Virus record (IMG/VR): IMGVR_UViG_3300048930_000283
Direction: 5' to 3' (one strand)
Source of the DNA: a virus
Lineage: Duplodnaviria; Heunggongvirae; Uroviricota; Caudoviricetes
DNA: 64,000 nt
Both the position numbers and the translations under genes were made by a program. Shown here piece by piece: positions 57,086 through 64,000 of this stretch; the stretch's first letter is position 1, and the number at the start of each line of letters is the position of its first letter. Below the pieces are notes generated by a model. The model was not told the DNA's origin, ran no database searches, and saw nothing but the letters and a program-made list of their open reading frames with translations.

Positions 57086-57571
57086 TCAAACCCCCAACAT
57101 TTTCAAAACATCAATCGTATCATCTACTGAGGTATGTAATATACCCAAACCACCCCGTTGTCTCCACTGTGGTATGTTCAATTCACTATCATCAATCAGT
57201 ATATCATCAATCCCTTTACAATGAAACTGCTTGTCCCACGCAAAAGGACCAAATAAAACGTCGACATCAGAACCAAAATGTTTCCATACCCACTCCCTCT
57301 TATGTGAGGTACAATCTGGCCAATGTATTCGTCTGGGAATAGCAGTCAAAATTTTAACAGAAGAAACACCAGAGGAATTACGAACATAATCCCACAACTT
57401 AACAGCAGATGGCATCAACTCTAGGTCAGCATATAACCTTGGTGCAGCCTCAAGTAACTCCTCCCAAGTAAAATCTCTAACAGCAGAGTCTCTTCCCAAA
57501 ACTTCAGTTACTGATTTTTCCCAATTAGCTAAAACACCATCCATATCCAAGAAAATTCTCTTCATAATCAA
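57086..57571 (-). CDS. 5'(3')-deoxyribonucleotidase (HAD, NT5C-like)
   Basis: FLDMDGVL, ILTA, K, LIDD. Confidence 0.88.
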   Translation of the reverse strand: MIMKRIFLDMDGVLANWEKSVTEVLGRDSAVRDFTWEELLEAAPRLYADLELMPSAVKLWDYVRNSSGVSSVKILTAIPRRIHWPDCTSHKREWVWKHFGSDVDVLFGPFAWDKQFHCKGIDDILIDDSELNIPQWRQRGGLGILHTSVDDTIDVLKMLGV

Positions 57572-59259
57572 TCCTGTATAATTGTAAAATTATTTTTTGT
57601 ACCCATCTGAATAACCGAAGGAAACTTATCAAACGACCCCTCTCGGTGTGAAATAACAAAGACGTTACTATCTTTCATGTCATCTAAAAGACCTAATGCC
57701 AAATCCATACCACCGCCATCCATTGAACTATCTAGTAATTCATCAAAGAACACTATATTGGTGTTTATACTATTTTTCATTCTAGCAATTTCTCGCCAAG
57801 TAAAAATCAAGGCTAGATTAATACGCATCTTTTGACCTTCGCTAAATGAACCCCAAGTAAATTCGTCACGGTGTCTTGATTTAACGGATTCATTAAAATT
57901 CTCATCTAAGTTAAATGACACGAAGAAATCCAACTTTGCCAAATACTTATTCACCAACTTGTTTATAACCGGTACATATTGCTTTATTATCTTAGCTTTT
58001 ATACCACTATCTTGCAATAGGTTGGTTACTATAGTGTTTAGATGCAAGGACTCCACAATTTTCTTTTTGTGATTATCAACCTTAACAATAGCTTTCGCAT
58101 ATGTACGTAACTTTTCCTTTTCTTCATCAATACTAGTCGTATCACTTATTGATTCCAATAAACCCTGATCCTTCATTATAATGGCATTGTTGATTGAAAT
58201 CTGTTCATTTAGAACGGAAATTGATTCTTGAATTTTTTTTACTTCTTTAGATTGTTCTTCAATCTTAGAAATTTCTTTATTGATGTTTATAATATCCAAA
58301 TCTATAGATTTTCCATACCTAGATAATTGGTCAACCTCTTTATCAATCTCGATATCAATTTTCATCCGAACAGAATCAGATACATCTTGCTTACAGGTTG
58401 GGCAAACGTCTCCAATTAGTCGTTTACTAGTTCTCGAGGAAACATCTAACTCATTCTCACTCTTTTTAATACGTAATTCACTCAATTTTTCATACAATGA
58501 ATCATCAAAACTAGAAGTTATAGAATCAACCTTCTCTCTAAGTTTGGTAACCCGTTCAACTAACTGTTTATTATCACTGAAGTTCTTCTCAATACTATCA
58601 TGTAAGGACTGTTTATTTTCATCTTTCTCCTTAACTTGTTTTTCGATAAAACTCTTTTGCATTAAGGCCTTTTCCTTAAGAGACTTTATCTCTAGATCAG
58701 TTTCTCTAATTTCATCCTTTAAGGATTTTACTCGGTCCTTAACTAAGGTGTTCATCACCGAAAAAATCTTTATATCAAGCAAATCTTCAATGAATTCCCT
58801 TCTTTGATATGGTTGTAACTCCATAAACGGAATATAATTTCCACTACCCATCATAACAACCTGAGTAAAAGTCTTATAACTCATTTTAAGAATTTGAGAT
58901 TCTAAAACCTTTTGGTGGTCTCTAATATTTGGGTTTTGATTTAAAACCTTCCCATTCTCATAAATTTCAAAGACATTTGGTTTTATACCACGAACAATGC
59001 GATATTTCTTCTTACCAATTTCAAAATCCAACTCTACAAGGCATTGTTTTTGGTTGATCGAATTTATAAGTTGATTTTTATTGATGTTTCTGTATGGCTT
59101 ACCAAATAGTCCAAAGACAATAGCCTCAACTATAGTTGACTTCCCGCTACCATTCTTACCAGAGATCAAGGTTAAATGTGTTTTATTTAACTTGATCTCT
59201 ATAGGGATATTTCCAGAACTTAAAAAATTTCGATATGATACACGAATAAATTTTACCAA
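57568..59259 (-). CDS. gp46: Recombination ATPase (Rad50-like)
   Basis: GKNGSGKS, zinc hook CPTC, FSEGQK, FFDE. Confidence 0.95.
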   Translation of the reverse strand: MVKFIRVSYRNFLSSGNIPIEIKLNKTHLTLISGKNGSGKSTIVEAIVFGLFGKPYRNINKNQLINSINQKQCLVELDFEIGKKKYRIVRGIKPNVFEIYENGKVLNQNPNIRDHQKVLESQILKMSYKTFTQVVMMGSGNYIPFMELQPYQRREFIEDLLDIKIFSVMNTLVKDRVKSLKDEIRETDLEIKSLKEKALMQKSFIEKQVKEKDENKQSLHDSIEKNFSDNKQLVERVTKLREKVDSITSSFDDSLYEKLSELRIKKSENELDVSSRTSKRLIGDVCPTCKQDVSDSVRMKIDIEIDKEVDQLSRYGKSIDLDIININKEISKIEEQSKEVKKIQESISVLNEQISINNAIIMKDQGLLESISDTTSIDEEKEKLRTYAKAIVKVDNHKKKIVESLHLNTIVTNLLQDSGIKAKIIKQYVPVINKLVNKYLAKLDFFVSFNLDENFNESVKSRHRDEFTWGSFSEGQKMRINLALIFTWREIARMKNSINTNIVFFDELLDSSMDGGGMDLALGLLDDMKDSNVFVISHREGSFDKFPSVIQMGTKNNFTIIQD

Positions 59260-60336
59260 TTAGATCTCCAAACCCAACGCATCAGTATATAATGATTTCA
59301 ATATTCGTTTAACCTTATCCCGATCAAAATCGGTATCTACAATACCATCAACATAGGAATCCATTAAGGTCATCGTATCTTCCATCTCAATGTCTTCATC
59401 CGATACTGAATCTGCATCATAATCAGATAAATCCTCAATGACCTTAAGATCAGCTAGTTGCACGTTGTATAACTTATCCAAAAATTTATCAAACTGATAT
59501 GGATCGGTTTTGTTAAGAACAACTACCTTAACAAAGGTATCCACGATGGTCTTAAGATCAAACGACTGACAATAATGATCTCCTTTATCTTTATCATCCC
59601 AGTATAATTTGTTAAAAATTGATACTGGATTCTCAATAAAAATCATATCTCTAGTTTCAAAATCAAACTCATAAAAACCTCGGCGATCACCAGCATCCGC
59701 CCATGTTAGTTCATAGGGTGTGCCCAGATAGAATATATTTCCCTTTGAACTTTTCTCGTGGAAGTGTCCAGATAAAACCAAATCAAACCGCTTAAACAGA
59801 TTAGAATCCAAACCATCAACACTAACCTGCCCTCGATGCATCTCAAACCCACTAATATCGAAATGACCAAGACACAGCTGAGCTTTAGTTTCATTTAACT
59901 CAGTCATACAATCATTGAAGTTTTCCTTACACATCCATGGTATTATCGAAACATCAGTGTTACCAAATTTAACTGTTTGTGGTTTGTCATAAATTACTAT
60001 ATTTTCATACTCCATTAGCATCAAACTAGGGGTGTTGGCATCTAATTTATTTGCCCAGGGTATATCATGATTTCCTATGATAACATGAAACTCGACACCC
60101 ATGTTTTCCAAAACATCAAAGAATCTTCGTTTCCACTCATTTAATACTACGTGGTTGGTATACTTTCTTCGATCAAACAGGTCACCACAAGTTAATAACT
60201 TCTTCAACTTGTGTTTCCTCATATAAGGGAAAACCTCATTCTCAAAGAATGAGAGTTGGTGATTCATCATTATAGATGAGTCGTTCCTAGAACTTATATG
60301 AATGTCACCAACAATAATAAACTTACTCGTCATCAC
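59260..60336 (-). CDS. gp47: Recombination nuclease (Mre11-like)
   Basis: GDIH, GDLFD, GNHD, SGHFH. Confidence 0.95.
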   Translation of the reverse strand: MMTSKFIIVGDIHISSRNDSSIMMNHQLSFFENEVFPYMRKHKLKKLLTCGDLFDRRKYTNHVVLNEWKRRFFDVLENMGVEFHVIIGNHDIPWANKLDANTPSLMLMEYENIVIYDKPQTVKFGNTDVSIIPWMCKENFNDCMTELNETKAQLCLGHFDISGFEMHRGQVSVDGLDSNLFKRFDLVLSGHFHEKSSKGNIFYLGTPYELTWADAGDRRGFYEFDFETRDMIFIENPVSIFNKLYWDDKDKGDHYCQSFDLKTIVDTFVKVVVLNKTDPYQFDKFLDKLYNVQLADLKVIEDLSDYDADSVSDEDIEMEDTMTLMDSYVDGIVDTDFDRDKVKRILKSLYTDALGLEI

Positions 60337-60886
60337 AAATAAACTTCTCTAAGGTATCCATCAATTCAGGATCTGTATTCTTTTTTCGTTTACTGCTTTC
60401 CATTTTCGTAGAGTCGGAAAAACTATTACTCTTCATAAATTCCATATACATACTTCTAAACTCAACCTCATCTGCATCATCCGGGTTAATGTCAAATAGT
60501 TCATCTATAGGAATCTCTTGTATTAATTTCCCCTTTATATTAGATTGTTTCTTTTCAGCCTCGATTCTACGTAGAAATGCATTGTAACAAATCTGTGTTG
60601 TATATGCAAATATATTACTTGACCTTTCTGGATTAAACTTATGTAGAACTCTTGAACAGTTTTCTATAGCATCACCGATCATATCATTTCGATATGAATA
60701 ATTTATAAAGTTCGCCTTAAACGCTAAATGATTCGCAATTTTTATTATGCATTCACCTAAATATCGTGGCATAACCGGTGGTGGTGTTCCATTGACTGAC
60801 GCTGTATCTAATTGTGTCTTCCATTCAATGAAGTGTTCTAAAAACTCCTTATTACTAACATAATGGTTAGATTTTGGTTTAGCCAT
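60323..60886 (-). CDS. gp55: Late-transcription sigma factor
   Basis: HYVSNKEF, NFINYSYR.DMI.DAIEN, FAYTTQI..NAFLRRI. Confidence 0.93.
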   Translation of the reverse strand: MAKPKSNHYVSNKEFLEHFIEWKTQLDTASVNGTPPPVMPRYLGECIIKIANHLAFKANFINYSYRNDMIGDAIENCSRVLHKFNPERSSNIFAYTTQICYNAFLRRIEAEKKQSNIKGKLIQEIPIDELFDINPDDADEVEFRSMYMEFMKSNSFSDSTKMESSKRKKNTDPELMDTLEKFICDDE

Positions 60887-60898
60887 ATTAACTCCTAC

Positions 60899-61381
60899 TC
60901 AATGCACTAATGGTTTAAATTTTTCTGACTCCTGTTCAAAATCAGTTAAATCAATTTCTGGTATATCAAACTTAACAGACATTTCCTTAGAAACCTGTCT
61001 AATCTTTTCTACTGCCGCCTGAATATCGTAATACTGTGTATCTGATGTCATATTTTCTGCGACCTGCGCCTTAATCTGATTTATTATTATTTGGGATATA
61101 AATGACCCATACACCTTTACATAGTTAGGTGAAACCTCTTCCATCAAAATAACATCAGATTGATGTATAGACACAAATGGGGTCGCTAAGAATGGTATTA
61201 TCCATTCCGAAAATGAAAACCGCTGATTCTTAACATCTTGATCTATACTTATTGGACTCATTAAGTGTATAATGTCATCATCCTCATTATCAACAATGAC
61301 TTCAGACATTAACAACTCGCCTGTTCTAAGTTTAAGAATAAACACCGAAACAGTAGTATCTTCTTCTAATTCTTCTGTCAT
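60899..61381 (-). CDS. Hypothetical protein (Sm-like N-terminus)
   Basis: ILKLRTGELL. Confidence 0.6.
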   Translation of the reverse strand: MTEELEEDTTVSVFILKLRTGELLMSEVIVDNEDDDIIHLMSPISIDQDVKNQRFSFSEWIIPFLATPFVSIHQSDVILMEEVSPNYVKVYGSFISQIIINQIKAQVAENMTSDTQYYDIQAAVEKIRQVSKEMSVKFDIPEIDLTDFEQESEKFKPLVH

Positions 61382-62880
61382 AAGTTCACCGTAGTTATTG
61401 TATATGGGAATTCTTCATTAGTATAGATATTAAGTCTTTCAACTAAATGTCTGTATGTAAAGTTCTTTTTCTTATTATTAGACAAATCATCTGCAATGTC
61501 AAATAATACTAATTCATCCTTGCCAGATGCCACCCTTAGTCCCCTACCAATTGCCTGTAATACACGAACTAATGAATTACTAGGTGATGCAAAGATTATA
61601 TTGTGTATTCTTTTTATGTTGGTACCTGCACCAAACACACCATATGACGCAAGAGTTATGGCATTATTACTCTGTTCCATGATTGATCTAACTTCTTCTC
61701 GATCATCAACCTGAGTTTTACCATGAACATAAAAGTATTTTCTGTCACCTACTTTATCCAAAAACAACCTATTCAATACATCACCGTGTTTCTCAACCAA
61801 TCTATACATTACCAGAGTATTACCATCCAACGAGAGAGCTAAATTGACTATAAACTTATTCCTCTTTTCACACGAAACCAAATAATCCAATTCAACATCA
61901 TATTCCTTATTCTTCCTTAGAAGAGTCTTAGCTTCAACCGGATGATTCAATACAATACACTTAATATCAACCGGTGATAATTGTTTTTTCTCTATCAGTT
62001 GTTTGGTTGAGGCAACCTTTATAATAGGACCAATTGCCCCCTTAATCATCATCTTATGGGTTGTTGACTTGTCTAATGAGCCAGATGTACCAAAACGATA
62101 TTTGGTATCTGCACATTTTTCCAACAACTTCTGCAATTCTACAGACTTAGCAGATTGACACTCATCTATTATAACACAATCAAAGTTGAACCACTCTCTA
62201 GGTAAACGCATCAAACTCTGCCAGGTACTAATTACGATCTTCTTCTTTGTATTCTTTTCATACCCACCCATTATTTGATGGACATTACCATCAACATCAA
62301 ATTTATTTTTGGTACTATAATCAATAAAATCAGTTGTCATCTGATTAACGAGGGCGGTTGTTGGAACCACAATAAGTGTTCTTGCATCTATAGAATCTAA
62401 TAGGTATCTAGTGATAAGGTAGATTACCAATGACTTTCCACTACCTGTTGGGGACAAAATTACGTGCCGAGTATCTCGTATAGCTCTATACGCAGCCTCA
62501 TATTGATATGACCTAATTTTTAAGTCATCATTGTTAGATTGAACTTCTATTGACTTGCAATATTCAACAAAATCCTCAGGGAGGATATTGGTCTTTTCTC
62601 CAGGAAACCCATATTCAGGTGACTCAACCAACTCTATATTATACCCGGCGGCTTTCGCAAACTCAACTAACTCAGGATAAACACCAGCATAAAGTGTTGA
62701 ATTACTAGCATCAAAAAGTGATATTTTCCCATCCCAAATCTTGGCTCTAAATTTAGGCATGAATCTAGCTCCCGGGACATCAAACGTGAAGTGATCCTTT
62801 ATTTCATACTTGATTCCTAGATCACAATCAATTTGCAGAAAAACGTAATTCTTAAGTTTTATCCTGATGACTTCTGGCAT
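61378..62880 (-). CDS. uvsW: SF2 DNA helicase
   Basis: SPTGSGKS, STWQS, DECQ, QAIGRGLR. Confidence 0.95.
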   Translation of the reverse strand: MPEVIRIKLKNYVFLQIDCDLGIKYEIKDHFTFDVPGARFMPKFRAKIWDGKISLFDASNSTLYAGVYPELVEFAKAAGYNIELVESPEYGFPGEKTNILPEDFVEYCKSIEVQSNNDDLKIRSYQYEAAYRAIRDTRHVILSPTGSGKSLVIYLITRYLLDSIDARTLIVVPTTALVNQMTTDFIDYSTKNKFDVDGNVHQIMGGYEKNTKKKIVISTWQSLMRLPREWFNFDCVIIDECQSAKSVELQKLLEKCADTKYRFGTSGSLDKSTTHKMMIKGAIGPIIKVASTKQLIEKKQLSPVDIKCIVLNHPVEAKTLLRKNKEYDVELDYLVSCEKRNKFIVNLALSLDGNTLVMYRLVEKHGDVLNRLFLDKVGDRKYFYVHGKTQVDDREEVRSIMEQSNNAITLASYGVFGAGTNIKRIHNIIFASPSNSLVRVLQAIGRGLRVASGKDELVLFDIADDLSNNKKKNFTYRHLVERLNIYTNEEFPYTITTVNL

Positions 62881-63320
62881 CAGTTACCACCTAAATACTT
62901 TTGATAATCAACGATTGTCTTCATTGAGTAGTCACGACTACCAATACTCTTCATTATATACTCAAGTGAAGAAACTGCAGTTTTATAGTAATCAACCTTA
63001 ATTTTAAGATCATTCATATCTCGATCGGATTCAAGCAAGAAATTCAACTCCTGATATGTGGGTTTTATACCCTGCCATTGCGACCATCCATATTGTTGTA
63101 GTTCATGTTCCTCACACTCACCTCGAAAATACTTCCTCTTGATCCATTGCATAGTATTGTATTTTCTCTCAGCGTCAGAAAGCTTACCCTTAAACTGAAC
63201 ATAATATTCTAGATACTTTGCATGAATATTTGGAGTATTGAAAAGGTCATTCTCAAGTGTATTCATCGCAATTTTTGAATCAATCTTCCATTCATTAAGT
63301 ATATCTTCTAATTTTGCCAT
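62880..63320 (-). CDS. uvsY: Recombination mediator
   Basis: W..D..I, P..HAKY; synteny with uvsW. Confidence 0.88.
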   Translation of the reverse strand: MAKLEDILNEWKIDSKIAMNTLENDLFNTPNIHAKYLEYYVQFKGKLSDAERKYNTMQWIKRKYFRGECEEHELQQYGWSQWQGIKPTYQELNFLLESDRDMNDLKIKVDYYKTAVSSLEYIMKSIGSRDYSMKTIVDYQKYLGGN

Positions 63321-63350
63321 AAATTGCCTTATCTTAGATCACAGAAATTC

Positions 63351-63379
63351 ATAATATAACATATTGATTTATATCTCAA
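63351..63379 (-). promoter_or_regulatory. Sigma70-type promoter
   Basis: TTGAGA-N17-TATTAT upstream of uvsY. Confidence 0.55.
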
Positions 63380-63481
63380 ATTCCAACTAACTACTTTAGA
63401 AATAGTTGTCGATTTGACAATAAATAAATCGCATGTCAGTATGTGCTTGTTGCTGCTTCGGTATGTAATATAAAACCAAAT

Positions 63482-63958
63482 TTAAATAAATTCGTAATAA
63501 TCGTACTTAAATGTGATATTACTAGTTAGATATATCATGTCTTGTTCATTAGATCGAAATTGAAGACCTGATATAGATGTAGGAAATGCATTATAAAATC
63601 TAGCAGAAGTTGATGAACCCATAGATAAAACAGGATTTTCATATTCATCTTCTTGTTCTCTACCGCTCATTGTAGTGATTCTCTTCATCCATTCTGTTAT
63701 TTCTTTATAGTTCTTAAGATTCTTATCTACAAGAAATGTACAAACTAGTGGTTCATATGCTATTTTTTCTCCAGGATGACCAAAAGCTACATAGGTAGAT
63801 GGTTGCTCAACTACACTTAAGGATATTCCGGGAAATGTAAATTCTTGAATGAACATTTCAGTAAAGGGTAGTTTCATGAAAGAAAGCCTAAAATTAATTG
63901 ACGCTATTCCGTCATAATTTAGTGAACTACCGTCTGGCATTGTTACAGTGCCTACCAT
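63482..63958 (-). CDS. gp3: Tail tube terminator / sheath stabiliser
   Basis: PGISL...PGEKIAYEPL..TFLVDKNLKNYKEI..WM; next to uvsY as in T4-like phages. Confidence 0.85.
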   Translation of the reverse strand: MVGTVTMPDGSSLNYDGIASINFRLSFMKLPFTEMFIQEFTFPGISLSVVEQPSTYVAFGHPGEKIAYEPLVCTFLVDKNLKNYKEITEWMKRITTMSGREQEDEYENPVLSMGSSTSARFYNAFPTSISGLQFRSNEQDMIYLTSNITFKYDYYEFI

Positions 63959-64000
63959 ATAATCACCTATTGATTAGAAATCTTAGAATCAACTTGAATG

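Noticed and set aside
206-62000. Dozens of plus-strand ORFs of 60-175 aa in the track
   Set aside because: They lie antisense to well-supported minus-strand genes, lack RBS or motifs and read as shadow frames; only 45831-46625 is supported

Overview
A 64-kb slice of a large, AT-rich T4-like (Tevenvirinae/Kyanoviridae-type) myophage genome. Nearly all genes are on the minus strand; one structural gene is on plus. From left to right: tail-fibre/virion genes and two holin-like genes (1-10.9 kb); a late-promoter-driven array of genes with a T4-style capsid-targeting N-terminus (MKTFKEYLEE), including a HAD phosphatase, a ligase-like nucleotidyltransferase and a PD-(D/E)XK nuclease (10.9-17.9 kb); a 7-deazaguanine modification operon (folE, dpdA/tgt-like, SAM methyltransferase, gat-queC, oxidoreductase, glycosyltransferase; 18-24 kb); accessory genes (GNAT, ClpP-like, lysozyme, phoH, dCMP deaminase, rnh); the replication core (gp41, uvsX, a gp43 polymerase split into two genes whose second half carries an ORF-less group I intron, DNA ligase); a radical-SAM gene followed by three 'MK(I/V)RxGFVSNSSS' paralogues; one tRNA(CAU); a deletion scar joining a deoxyribosyltransferase-like start to a NAMPT-like tail; queE, hsp20, regA, gp62/44/45, rIIA/B, gp46/47, gp55, uvsW, uvsY and gp3. 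All family assignments are from motif recognition by eye; no database search was run. Several starts were moved from the ORF track using RBS and overlap evidence.
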